From Azolla caroliniana (Eukaryota; Plantae; Polypodiophyta): DNA of 64,000 bases. Under the pieces are notes generated by a model. It worked only from the letters and a program-made list of their open reading frames with translations. It was not told where the DNA came from and did not search any database. The position numbers and the translations under genes were made by a program. The stretch spans positions 29,884,001-29,948,000 of the forward strand of contig JBHGNT010000001.1 of the NCBI GenBank assembly GCA_043228905.1, read 5' to 3'. Positions 41,306-58,154 of the stretch are shown piece after piece; the first letter of the stretch is position 1; every line of letters starts with the position of its first letter.

Positions 41306-41988
41306 TTTAAATGACATTTGATGATATTATTGTTCATATGTATTATATGTGTTTTTCAAAAATACATACCATATACACATTGCATGCATCAATAGACTTT
41401 AGAAGTAGAGTTCTAATGAGGGTGCCATCATATAATTTGTGTGATTAATAATCAATCAAATGGACCCACTCATTTAAGAGAAGAAGTAAGTACGTATAAA
41501 ACTTCATTTATAGGTAGTTTAGTTACAATATACACTTTTTGCCTATGAACTTGTTACTTTCAAATTTGGGTGTTTTTAAGGATAAGGTTTTTGTGAGCCC
41601 TTCCTTAACAATTGTGAACCTTGTGGCCACATAATCCAAATTTTGGAGGTTATGAAAGCCCATCTATGGCACTGGTTACTGGATGTCACACTAGCCACCT
41701 AATGCAATTTCTTTGATGTCATGACATTAGTCCCCATTTTGACACTTGCCACATGATGAGGTGTCTTTGCTAATATGACATCAATGATAATAATCTATAT
41801 AAATGCAACACTTATCTTTTATTGATATATATATATATACTAATGCACACATAGCTTGTGATCAAGGAGTTGGGGTAAAACTACACACCAACAACATGTG
41901 TAAGATGAGTAATGAACTCATCTACCAGTGAATTGTGGATATAAATACATGGGAAATCAAATAGGATAACACAAAGGGAGAGGAGAAT

Positions 41989-42785
41989 ATGTGGAATTTT
42001 CAAGCAATGGGTATAATAGAATGTCAATGTATAATGTTATTGATTTTGATAACACTACAGTTCCAAGCACATTTACAATACAACGAAGTGGTAGCAACAT
42101 CAACATCTTTCCCTCGTGGATCAAGTTCAATGTTAATGTCACGTATGCATATTGACAATGCAGTGACGGCTCCGGCACCGACAAGCGACCCTGAATTGGA
42201 ATTGTTGGAGCAGTTATTGGCAGGCCTAGAGGCAATAGCAGAGGCAGTGATGGAAGGTGCATCAATTGATACGGAGGTAGGGCCAGAGGTGCAAGTTAGG
42301 CGCGTAATGTGTGCATTGATGAATGTGAGGATGATTGGTGGTGGTTGTACTGACTACCTCACAGGCCCAGGAATACTACCACCTAGCGCACAATGTTGTC
42401 GTTCTGTACGTGCTGTTTTCCTAGCTGCTGCTGCAACACCACTATCACGACGATTGCTTTGCACATGTTTTGAAAATGATATTCAAAGTCCATTATTCAC
42501 AACAAATGCTCCCACACTCCTTATCTTACCGCTTCGTTGTGGGGTGCCTGCCTTCGCAGCCTTGCCATTGCTTCTCAACCCCTCTACCAATTGCTCTGTG
42601 TAAGTTGATGTACAAAGACCAAGTTTTCCTCAAAAGTATATCTATACAAGTCATGATTACATTTCATTTGCAGTTGAATGCCCATTTCATGACGTTGCTT
42701 GACAAATAGTGACATTGTTCTAATGATCATGCTTAAACTTTTAACACATTTTATCTCGTTTTTTTGCGTGTGCAGGATACCATGA
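41989..42785 (+). CDS. Non-specific lipid transfer protein (type 1-like) with a long N-terminal extension
   Basis: Eight-cysteine pattern C...C...CC...CTC...C...C ending NPSTNCS. Intron 42600-42775 starts 5 nt after the last Cys codon; terminal exon G ATA CCA TGA. Confidence 0.85.
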
Positions 42786-43760
42786 TTACAAGTTTGGTCC
42801 TACATCCAATCATATATCATAAACTTTTTTCAAATTTGCTAAACTAAGTCTGAATACATATGCTACCATAATCATGTTCATAAGGATCCAACATTATAAT
42901 GTGTTGTTTCTTGTAACAATTAATGTATAGTGGGATGAAAAAAGTAAAGGCAAAACAACCATAACAATTATCATTGAGTGCTTGATATTTATGAAATATT
43001 ACCGTGTTAGAAAATGGAATGTAGTGCCAATCATATGAATTTATTATGGCTCAACTTTGATCAATGTCATCACTTTTGGGTTCAATGATGGAAGCTTCAA
43101 TCAAAATGTCTAAATTTTAATCATGTTTTTTTCGCAATTCATCTTTACCATGGCCATTACTCCATTTAGCATGGAAGGTTCTTGCAAGTTGAGTGAATAA
43201 TGACAAAGGAAAAGTGATTACGAATCCATGTATATAGGTGTCTTGACTTTCGAGTAAAAAAAGAAAGTTTAGGGTTGATTAGTGTGACATGAATCGAGCT
43301 TAATATAGTTAACACGCACATGGAACGGTGTATGAATGGAACAAGAGTGATGAGGGGTTAAGGTCAATGGGAAAGACAGACGGATAATTAGGGTTTAGGG
43401 TTTAACAGGAGAAGAAATTGATTGCCAATGGTAATGTCATGAAGAGCATTGTCTCGAGACCAAGGCAAGGCAAGTGGGTGAGTGGGCATTTCGGGAATTA
43501 ACTTGCCTCACGGTAACTTTAGCTCTATAATCTAAACGTTTGCCTCATCTTCTTCGTTCCTCTCTATTTTGTCGAAGAAAGAGGAGGAGATAGGATTATG
43601 CTTTGTTGTAATTAGAACCATTAGATTAACATTAGGTTAGGTATATGATTAGTGCTTAATCATAAGATTAAGGTTAAGATCAGAGTTAGTCACATGCTTA
43701 GAGCTTAAAGCATCATCATTTCATTCATCGCGAGGATTCGATCCCGAACCACCCGAAAGC

Positions 43761-45829
43761 ATGAGATCTCTGCATTTCTGCTCCAATTGGGCTAAGCTCT
43801 GTTTTTGGTATGCCCTTCATCTCTCGTTCTACTTCTTCTCTGTTTTCTCAGTTCTCGTGTTTCAGATCAGATCGAAGCTAAGGAAGAAGAAGAAGATGAT
43901 GAAGAAGACGAAGACGAAGATTCCTCTTCATCTTGCTTTAATAATCGACAGTGAAGATGCAAAAACTCATATTTCTTCTGTTGTCAAGATTATTGAGCAA
44001 ATAGCTCATTTGGGTCTTCATCATGTTTCTCTCTATGATATGGAAGGTAAAAAACCCTAACATACAATTCTGGATTATTTCCTTTCAATGTTCGACCTCC
44101 ATTTCAAACCCTTAATTTATTTCAGTTTCTTCGGCATGAAAGTCAAAAGCCTAAAATCACTTAAACGTTAGTACCATTCTAAACGAGTTTCTTCCTTCTC
44201 CACTACTTTTCAATGGCCGATCACCGTGTTAGGTATTAGTTGTGATGGTAAAAACGTAAAACAACTTTTAGTTTCAGTATCTTCCTTAGTTTGGTATTGT
44301 ATGTATAAATCCAAAACCTATTTGGAATTAAAACCCTAAAACGTGAAAATGTTGGCTCATTACCTGCTAAGCAACTCCAAGTGAGTGTCCATCTTTACCC
44401 TTAAAACCCTAAAATCGTATCGGGTCTTAAGCGTTCGTCTCCTAAAGAAACACATGCTTAAACCCAAAATAGTTTTAGTCTCTAGGGTTTAACCTTCAAG
44501 TGGCTTTAGGGATTTAACGTCACTATGACATCAAAGGTAGAAATCCTAAAACTGTTAATGATTTCCATCCTTCTGGTAACCTATTTTCCTTGACATTTTA
44601 ATCTTTAGGGTTGCTGAAGTCTGTCCTCGTTGATGCTTTGGCAAGCCATCATGCAATAAGATGTTACACCCATAACGAGGTAAGGTCTCTCTGATCGTGA
44701 GAGCTTTCAATATCTTCTTAGGTTTTTAATACATGAATCTACGATTTTAGTTTTTGCACAAACTCAAAACTAGTAGTGCAATGCATAATATTTTTTGTTT
44801 TTCCATATCTTTGGTGGACGGATTGCTTTGTGACATTTTTGTGTTTTGCGAATTAAGTTACTAAATGTCTTTGTTGTCTGTAATTTCTATGCATTGCTAC
44901 CATTGAAACTAATAAGCTTTACAATAACTTGAACTAATGCAGATCAATTGCATATCTCCAAGTCATAAAAATATGCACATGGCTCGTGATAGCTTGGGAG
45001 ATGGGATGGTACGTCTATTTGTTGAAGTTTTGTGCCTTCGAGATGGCAAACAGGCGATTGTGAAAGCAGTGCAGAATTTATGTCTAAAATCCATCCAGTT
45101 GGGCCTAATTCCAGATTTGAGAGAAGAGGACATTAATACAAGTTTGCGAGAAATTGGTAAATTGGATTGAGTGTTACATTTTTAGAGTAAAATACCAGAA
45201 AATGCCTTTCAACTTTTTGGATATTTCTTCATTACCCATATCAGTTGGGTGTTCTTTTGGTGTTTATATTTTAAATATTATTAGTTATCCTTTTCTTGGG
45301 ATCTACCTTAAAACATCTTTTGTAGGTGGATAGCTAAACATTTACCTATTTGATTATGTGGTTGTGCAGGGCGTGAAGGGCCAGATCCGGATTTATTACT
45401 GCTCTTTAGCAACACACAATGTCTATCAGGATTTCCTCCATGGAGATTGAAACAGACAGAGATTCAGTATGTATTTGTATACAATCATTTCTGTTAAGTA
45501 CAACCACCACCACCTGTGGGAACTTCTGATTTTAATTTCTTCCCCTTAAACCATATATCTTTATAACATTATTGTATACATTATCTTCATAACTATTGTA
45601 AAATGCTAACAGAAGTTTTTCATTGGACTTAAAAGCCATGCCTCAACAAACATAAATAACTAGCTCTATGAATAGAGTACCCTTAAGAAATAGAATATGT
45701 TTTCTTAAATGGTAATATGTTCTTATTTTTGTATGCAGATATATGGGCTCTATTAAAAACTTTTCAGAGAAGTCCCTATTTCTTGCTCTCAACGAGTTTT
45801 CACAAAAAGAACAACGATACGGAAAGTGA
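43761..45829 (+). CDS. NUS1: Dehydrodolichyl diphosphate synthase subunit NUS1/LEW1 (NgBR-like)
   Basis: Exons: 43761-44046 (TM, IPLHLALII...GLHHVSLYDMEG), ~44610-44679, ~44943-45156 (DGKQAIVKA), ~45371-45466 (GPDPDLLL...GFPPWRLKQTEI), ~45739-45829 ending EQRYGK* (RxG C-terminal motif). Confidence 0.9.
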
Positions 45830-47878
45830 TTAATTATTTGAGGGTTTCTTTGGATTCAGAGGGTTGACACATGTTGAAAGGCTTGTTTTTGTTCTCTAGA
45901 GCAGGTTTTATTTTGAAAGCGTAGCTATCAATGTATTTTCTCATACAGAACAATGATAATGGAAGTGAATAAATACCTTAACCTGAAGCCTGAAAGCCTT
46001 AACCCTAAACCCAGGACCCAACAAGACCTGAAACCTGAACCCTAATGTCTATACTAGGGTTTCTTTGGATCTGACCTGCAGCCATCTGAACTACGTTGAG
46101 AGGCTTGTTTTGTTCTATCCAACACAATTTTATATTCTAGATACATGATATCTAACATAATTTGTCCACATACTAACTCAGCTTAAACCTGAAGTTTGAG
46201 AAACATGTAGCCTCTGTCCATCCAATAATCCGGAGCTCTTATAAGCTTGGTGGTATGCTGCAAACTTAATTATTTAACAATTTCTACTGCAAACATTTTG
46301 TGCAGCTTATGATGATTTCACAGGCCTTGAATTTTTATTTATATACAAATTGTTATTTATTCGTAAAGCAAGTTAAAGAAATTCTGTATGTGTAATGGCA
46401 CTTTCAAACAATGGACGCAATGTTTGCTCGACTCTATGAGGACCATTGCTGTCTTTCTATAATGCAAAGCATAAAAAATTTCTTGTTTTAGTAATTTTCT
46501 TGTTGTTAGTGCCAAATACTTAATTGCTTGTATAAAGAGAGTTCATTTCATGATGCTCTTGAAGATGCAGAAGAATCTAATCGATGAGGAAGGTAAGCAA
46601 TATGAGATTTATTGATATTATTCAGAAGCGATTAATTGCAAGGATGTTTCTGCTAGAGAAGAACCCTCTAACTATCAATGTATAAAATGATTGTAAACTA
46701 GAAGAAAATGAATAGGTTATTTCACAATAATTTAATAGTTTCCGAGAGCTCTGTATATACCTTGATTGTGAATGGTTTTCCCCTATAGGCTATAAAACTT
46801 GTTTTCATTCCTCTAAATTAATGACTGCTGTCTCACTTTGCCAATGTGAATTGTTTGTGTAATAGTACTAAATATTCCATTATAAATCCAACTAGAATAT
46901 TGTAGAATATAATTAATCATCCCAATGTTGAATAATATTCATCTCAACTTTCAATTGATTCATCCACCATTCCAAGTATAAAAATCAGGGTATATCTCTA
47001 GTATCACAATGGCGTATTCTCCATGTTTGAATCGTTGCAATCCATTTCAGTACACTATTGTGCAATTTGCCACTTATCTCTTTTGCTTTATGGTTGAATA
47101 TAAACTTGAAATTGTTAATGATCTCAATCTCATTTTACATAATCTAGGCATTTAGTTTTGGAGATAAACATTAAGAATTCAATTTGTATGCTATAGAAGA
47201 GCAGTTGGGTTATTACAATGGAGAACAAGTTACATCTCCTACACTTCGAAATTTTGCAAGGAGAAAAACTTAGATTCATTGGAGAGATGAATCATTTCAA
47301 GGAAAAAATGAATTATTTGTTAGTGACGGTACCCAAGGTGATTGTAACACCAAAAAGACCATTCAATAGTCTTGCTTTGACTAATTCATATAATCATGGC
47401 GGAGTGGGTATACATCCTAACATGTTTACTAAGCTGTTATTATTATCATTATTAGATATTTTGTTTCCCATAGCTATTGAAGTCTAAAATGGTTAATGTC
47501 TATAATGATGATATTTTAAGGAACTAATTCTATGGTTACTTGTGATTATACTAAAATTAAACCTTCTTGGGGAAAAAAAGGCAAGCTTTTTGATGTCGTA
47601 AGACAAGGGTAAAGTCAATGTTTGGATAATGCATAGGGAACCATGCTGAGGAAAATATTTACAATGTTAAAACTTTAGATGTATGAAGGATAAATACACA
47701 CACACGTGCAATGACATCATACTCTCGCTAAATTGGCAGATATTTCAAATCATTAAACCTTATGAATATCAGGTAGTGCTCATGGTGATGATTCATGACA
47801 TATACAACATCTCCATGACAGCTGAAGAAACATCATAGCAAAAAATTCATTGTTTTTCATACAAAATTATATAACGAA

Positions 47879-49516
47879 CTACACAGGAGGTAGAAGAATA
47901 GTATCAGCAAAAGACAATGAACCATTATTTGGAGCCCCTTGAATACCAAGAATCGATGTGATGATATTATATACCTCGGTGTTCACAAAGGATGGTATTT
48001 GTCGTCCTCTTGCGAATTGTGGACCATGTGCAATAAAAATGGGATGCATTGAAAGAGCTTGATTATCATACCCATGAGCTCCTCCACATTCCTTTGCCTT
48101 CGATCTCTTCATCTCTACTTTATATCCCTCAGAAACAATGCCAATAATAGGAGCTATCCTGTCACTGCCACAGTAATGAAGCCGAGTGGGAAGCTCATCC
48201 TTCAAGTAAACTTTCAAATACTCAGCGTTTGGGACCTTTCCTGAGCTCAAAGCTAGGGTTATATTCTTATAGACCTCATTCACATTGTCCGTCTCATTCT
48301 CATTATTACCATCACCATCTTTGTTCTTTGATGAAGGTGGTCTTAATGCGAAAACTGGGCTAAGTGAATCAGCCCACTCCTGTTTGATTTCTATCCACGG
48401 CAATAGATCTTCGAGATATATGATCTTCTTATCACAGGTGCCCACCATTCCATGATCACTTAAAAAGATAAGAGAAACATCATCAAGAATGCCCCGTGTT
48501 TCTAAACCGTCTAAAAGCTTTCCAATCATTTGATCAACATGTGTTATTGCTTCATCAATGTGAGGATCATCGGGTCCATATAAATGACCACTATGATCTG
48601 GCTCTTCAAAGTAAAGTGTAAGAAAACTTGGCCTTTTTTCTTCATCTTCAATATCGAAGTAATGAAGGATTGTCTCTACTCTTTCTTCATAGGGAATGGA
48701 AGAATTATAACTGTGGCAATAAGGTAGAGTGCAGTTCCAAGCTCCTTTTGATACATCACTACCGGGCCAGAAATAGGTAGCAGCGATGAGTCCATTTTTA
48801 GTCACAGTTTCCCAAATAGGCTCACCATATTTCCACCATTTTGGGTCAATAACACCGGGATGAAAAGATTCTTCGGCCCTGTCGTTATCTTTATCCATAT
48901 TCTTGTCTTTATCATCATCATCATTGTGATAAGGATGAGATATGGATGGATCTTTGAAGTAATTTGATACTATTCCATGGGACGCAGGGAAAAGACCTGT
49001 GGCTATGGTGTAATGATTCGGGAATGTTAGGGTTGGATACACAGAGATAATACCTGGGATCGCTTCTGTGCCATTGGATCTGAGACGATCGATGGCAGGC
49101 AATGCTACTTTCCAATGATACCCATACCTGAAACCATCTGATGAGATCAGGAGAACTACCGGTCTTTTCAGGTTTTGCAGAGGTCGAGAAAAACCCCATC
49201 TTTCTGCGTTGGTTGTCTCTGTATTGTCTCTAGGGTGTGCTACTCTGTTGTCTTTGCAGGCGAAGAAGGCGAAGAAGAGGGCGATGATGGCGACGAGGGT
49301 TGAGATGGCAGAGATCGCGATGGGGACGGGTAAAGCACAATATTTTGATGGAAGATATGGGGATGGCGATGGCGATGGCGATGGTGATGGGGACGAAGAA
49401 GGAGAAGAAGAAGCAGGTAGCAATGGTTTTTTCTCTGCTTCTCCCGGCTGTTGATCAGGCAAAGAAGAAGAGGAAGAAGAAGAGATGTGGAGAGACCCCA
49501 TTACTTCCTGCTGCAT
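47879..49516 (-). CDS. Type I phosphodiesterase / ectonucleotide pyrophosphatase (ENPP family), intronless, N-terminal TM anchor
   Basis: VLLISSDGFRYGY, YPTLTFPNHYTIATGL, YFWPGSD, YFEEPDHSGH, SDHGM, GAHGYDN. First ATG at 49516; the ORF track extends to 49606 from a non-ATG start. Confidence 0.95.
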   Translation of the reverse strand: MQQEVMGSLHISSSSSSSLPDQQPGEAEKKPLLPASSSPSSSPSPSPSPSPSPYLPSKYCALPVPIAISAISTLVAIIALFFAFFACKDNRVAHPRDNTETTNAERWGFSRPLQNLKRPVVLLISSDGFRYGYHWKVALPAIDRLRSNGTEAIPGIISVYPTLTFPNHYTIATGLFPASHGIVSNYFKDPSISHPYHNDDDDKDKNMDKDNDRAEESFHPGVIDPKWWKYGEPIWETVTKNGLIAATYFWPGSDVSKGAWNCTLPYCHSYNSSIPYEERVETILHYFDIEDEEKRPSFLTLYFEEPDHSGHLYGPDDPHIDEAITHVDQMIGKLLDGLETRGILDDVSLIFLSDHGMVGTCDKKIIYLEDLLPWIEIKQEWADSLSPVFALRPPSSKNKDGDGNNENETDNVNEVYKNITLALSSGKVPNAEYLKVYLKDELPTRLHYCGSDRIAPIIGIVSEGYKVEMKRSKAKECGGAHGYDNQALSMHPIFIAHGPQFARGRQIPSFVNTEVYNIITSILGIQGAPNNGSLSFADTILLPPV

Positions 49517-50815
49517 ATACACATCAATAATTCCCACTCGGACACATGCAGCAGATTTTGTTCTTCCATTTCCATGGTGGTGTCCGCGGCTGCGGCCGCG
49601 GGCCACACCAAGAATCCGAAATCCATTCCCGTGTCGATGACAAATCTCTTATCTCATTCATGAATCGATCCCGCCCGGGCTCTTCGCCTTCCTCTCCTAG
49701 AATGTGTTATTGTCATGGATCTTGTCTTCTTGTGCTCAACGCTTGAAGATTTCCCCTCCATTTGTTGCATACTTTGGTGATAAATGTCCTGCACTATCCT
49801 TAGCCTATACCTTTTGTGACCTAGATGCTAGAGATGGTCCTAGACCCCCGTCATTCATTGCATACTATTGTTGTTATATTTTGAAGTTTGATTCATTATC
49901 AAACACTTCCCATGATAGGTCTCGAACAGGAAATTCTTAGTTAGTTGGAGATGGATCTATTATATGGAGATGTTGAGATTAATTGCAGCTGTTTACCCTA
50001 TTACTTGTCTTGAAGATATGTTGAGAAACCCCTAGTTTGCAAGAGTATTGTTAAAACATGATATTTCCTTGTCCTGGATCTCCATCATTGATCTAAGGAA
50101 ATTGAGAGATCCCATACCTACCATATCAAAAGCAACTTTTATTGACATCATAAGTATAAGACGAAGTGCCATGAATCTGATTTTGAATTGTTCGCATGCA
50201 TGTGCTAACACGTGTATTACATTAGATAATGAGGAGCCTAACACTAACATTATCTGACGTCCTCATGTAAGACATGAACCATGCAAACACATTCCAAATG
50301 TCTAGTGGTATGGCCTTACTTTTTATCATGACTCAAAACGTTTAGTATGTGATCATGGTTCACAGCATAACCTCATATGAACATTCTCCCAATGCAGCAA
50401 CACAAAGTTTATGAATCATGACTTTGTACCACACTTATTTGCAAACAAAATTCACCTTTGATTAACCTATGACCCAATGGTGATGTAGCATGTCCCAAGT
50501 CTAGTGTTCAAAGACATCCTCCTGCTCCCCATGAAGAAAATCCATCAGCATGACATAACTATTCATAAAATTGCATCTGTGACTAGTTACAAAAACAATG
50601 AACGGAATTTATTACCTTAGAGAGATATCTTCAATGCAAGAAATAAATATATTTTTAAAAAATGTATCACATACATGACTCAGGAACTTAAGCAATCACA
50701 ACCTTCACAATCAACTTAAGATGTGATTTAAGATACAAATGTGAGCATTTCCAACCATCACAAGATATTATAGAGCGTGAAGGTATTATTTTGTGGAAGC
50801 AGTGTAGATAACCAT

Positions 50816-54425
<3,610 letters not shown>

Positions 54426-56129
54426 CTAGCTCTGATCCGATCCCAGCAGAAGAAGAAGAAGAAAAAGAAGATGGAGTGAATCAGTTTTTCATTATTTCCT
54501 ACGGGGTACCCCTCTCCTCTTGTTTTCCTTTATTTGTCTTTGGTTTGGAGTCATAGCTATATGTCCTGTAATTGAGGAAAATGAGGCTTAAGGGGGGGCA
54601 TTTGAGGGAAAAAAAAAAAAAGGAAAGAGAAAATTTGGAGGGTATTTATTCCAGATTGTTCCAAACACCAATCCATCGACATACATCGACCTAGCGATCA
54701 AATTGTTTGAAGGGTTAACTCATGAATCGATAAGAGATATTAATGCTTGGGACAAGTTTCTTCGAGTAAAGGCACACACAAGAGCAATAGTGTTTAAAAA
54801 CCTTTGAATTGTAGACCATATTGGGCTAAAATAGTCCGAGAGAGAAGGATGGAGTTTGGCCTTTTCAACGTCTTCTAAAGGCCATATTTGGGTATGATAT
54901 TAATCAAGTTTGTTATTATAAATTATACAAAAATTTGTAATCAAAGAATCATGGCAATGGAATATGACTTGTTTTATATATGTCAAGGATTAGGTGGTTG
55001 ATGAAATGCTAATACAACATAGCTACCTTTAGGATGTAGCATTCGTAGGGTGTCCAAAGGTAGCTTGCAAGAGTATAATAAAAGTGCAAGTGTACAAGGG
55101 TTGTTTTGAGAGAGTGCTTGCTCCAACACGTTAGAAATCAAATGGTGTAGAATGAAATACATGGGTTGGCATGATGGCTATCTGAACCAACTAGGCAATA
55201 TTGAGATGGTTGGGCCAACTGCATCAAAATCCTGATATTATTAGTTAGATACACTAACATGGCTTCCATCAAAGAGCAAAAGCCAATGTGAGGAGACCAC
55301 GGTCCACAAGGTTTTTAGTTCGATAAAGCTATGGAGTATCCAAGAGGCTTAAAAGTACGAAGGTTTGAACCCAAGACCTTAGGTTGAAAGCCTAACAACA
55401 GAATAAAAAGTGAGACAATATATTTTTAATTGTTTTCTTCTTGTGAGTAAAAGAGAGACTATAAATTATAATAAGTTCATTTCATTCCTTCCTCTCATCC
55501 TATGTACAAAATCAAGTATTTATTATGGTGTACAAAATCAAGAGAGCAAAGAATATCACCAAAAATGAAGATTTGTGAAAAATATAGATGTATTTATTTG
55601 CACATTGTTAAAACACACAAACAGAAGCCTGCTACCAATATATAAATTGTTGAAAGTGTGAGATATGCAACATATGTTTGCAATCTGAACAATATATTAG
55701 TTTTGGCTATTCTCATAGCTATGCCCATCTCCTCATATGTGATTCACTTAATGTGTGTATATGTGTCTCAGACAAACACAAGCACACGTCATAAACACAA
55801 ATTGTGGTTCTCTCAAATCCGTAAGTAATATATTCATATGAGAACGTGGGAAGTAAGTTCATCAATACTCTCGCACGGCGAGGCCAATAAGGCAATGCAC
55901 AAATTCTAAAATAAAATTGAAACCAAAGTTGAGGAGCTAACATGGGGTGGCACGACTCTCTTTTTCTCACATTGGCATCTTTAGAAACATTAATATACAT
56001 CTTCTTCTTATTCTTCTTCTTTGTCTCTCTCCGGCTCAAGAATGAGATATAAAAGGTTGGGAAGGGAGGACATAGATATTATTGAAAGATCATTCCCTCA
56101 AAAGCAATCAACTTACACACAAAAACAAA

Positions 56130-57109
56130 ATGATGGTGAGGATAATGATGGAACCACTCATTAGAATTGCAGCCATATTGTTGATATTGGCTTCTACTTT
56201 AGTCAATGCTACTCGATACAACATACATGACCTACCCCCTCCAAGCAATCCGTCTTCTTATCCTCCCCCTCCCCCTCCTTCGCCATTAGCAGTCCAAGGT
56301 GTTGTCTTGTGCCAACAATGCTCCCTCGTTGGCACCCCCTCTCTCGCTTTTTCGAAACCACTCCAAGGTTAATTGCTATCATTTGTCTAGATAATTTATA
56401 ATTGTTGGTTTTTTAAGGAAAAGCTCTTTATTAGCATTGTGAATCTATGACTTGCCTACTAAACAAGGACTATACTAGTCTAATTTGCATGAATGGATGA
56501 GGTTTATAGAAAATGTTAATATGCAAAGTTGGGACGTATATCTTGTGTGTGGCTTATGACTCATTTCATTGTTATAATGTGTTTGCCTCATGTTGGGGTT
56601 TCCCACTAGTGATATAGTTCATTACAATAAAATGTCTAAGCATTATGTACTTATGAGTACAGAAACCATCAATATTGTATATATCATGTCTAATTCGTTA
56701 TGTATGTTATACACATGTATTATTTATATGTCTTTATGCATGTATGTATTTTATATGGTTTATATCTATATAATCTTCTCTCCATCATGTAGGGGCCAAT
56801 GTGCAACTTGCTTGTAGAGACAATCGTTACAAGACATTCATCTATCTTACTGCCACCACAAATTCTCATGGTTATTTCCTACTACATTTGGATGATTTTG
56901 ATTTCTCAAAGCATGACCCCCTTACAACTTGCAAGGCATTTATTGTATCTTCTCCAAACATGAATTGTAACATTCATTCAGATATCAACTCTGGCAAATG
57001 GGGAGCTCGCCTTCGCAAAGAGAAAGTAAAGTACAACAATGCGATTTTGTACTCAGTTGGTCCATTTGGCTTTGCCCCACCCAAGATTGCGTGCAAGAAA
57101 TCGATATAA
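56130..57109 (+). CDS. Pollen Ole e 1 / extensin-family secreted proline-rich protein
   Basis: Signal peptide, poly-Pro stretch, AVQGVVLCQQC...KPLQG | ANVQLAC...TNSHGYF...CKAFIVSSP...C...YSVGPFGFAP; one intron at ~56369-56792. Confidence 0.9.
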
Positions 57110-58154
57110 ATTGTGAAGTGAGGGAATCTTCATATATCAAGTGCATGTGACTCTGTGAGCATCCCTCATATTTTATGTAAATATACAATAGACCTTGCCA
57201 AAGGTGTTCAAGGAACATTGTAATGTATATCCTTTAAGAGAGGATTTGAGTAAGAGTTGATTGCAACCCAAAATCCTCATACACAAGGAAAATGATATTA
57301 TTACAAAAAGTTGTCTTATTGCATATACAATAAAAGACTTCAAAATATTAAGGACTATGCATCATGCTTGCATTTCCATGTTAATCCAAATTATTCACAA
57401 GAGAAAAAACACATAAATCGTGAGAATGCATGGCATATTTTTTTTCATCGTGCCTTTCCCATATAACTTGGAATATTCACAGATGAGAAAGAAAGAAAGA
57501 AAACAAGAACAACATCAACTATAACTAATGGAAGGAGTTTTTTTTGGGAAAAAAAAAACAAGAACAACATCAACCGCATCAATCCTATATGTACTTTCAC
57601 AATAATTATAACATTAGATTAGGATTTTTATTTTCATGTCTTACCCTCACTATAATACATGGTCAAGAGAAGATCCAATGAGTATACTTTATGTGTACAT
57701 GTATTTGTATCCAAGGGTAATGGTAGACAAACTTTTGTCCATTAGTACAACCTTATAACCCAAAAAACAAAATCTCTTTTGTCATGCATTTCGTGAAAGT
57801 TTGATGGACAAGTGTTGAAATGAACGGATTTTCTATTTATAATTTCAACCATGATATAACATTTTCATTGCAATGTCATTTGCAAATTTTTCATTTCAAT
57901 CACACTATTGATTCATGTTGTGTGTACAAAGATATATATACTTGAAAGAGTTACATATCGGGATCATATATATCATAACATGTCTACATTATTTGCGATC
58001 ACAAAAGCATTCATTTCCACTATTAGATCATTTGGATCAACAATTAACAATTAGAATTTTTATCATCCATAAAGAGGCCAATTTTGACCTATGGGACTAG
58101 AGTATACATGTGTTCTCGATATGTGTCTCCTTCCTAAGAAGGGGTATTCATACA

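Noticed and set aside
41957-42265. Antisense 102-aa ORF over the nsLTP (likewise the antisense ORFs over GluRS, ENPP and the PP2-like gene)
   Set aside because: Shadow ORFs of real coding exons with no independent motifs.
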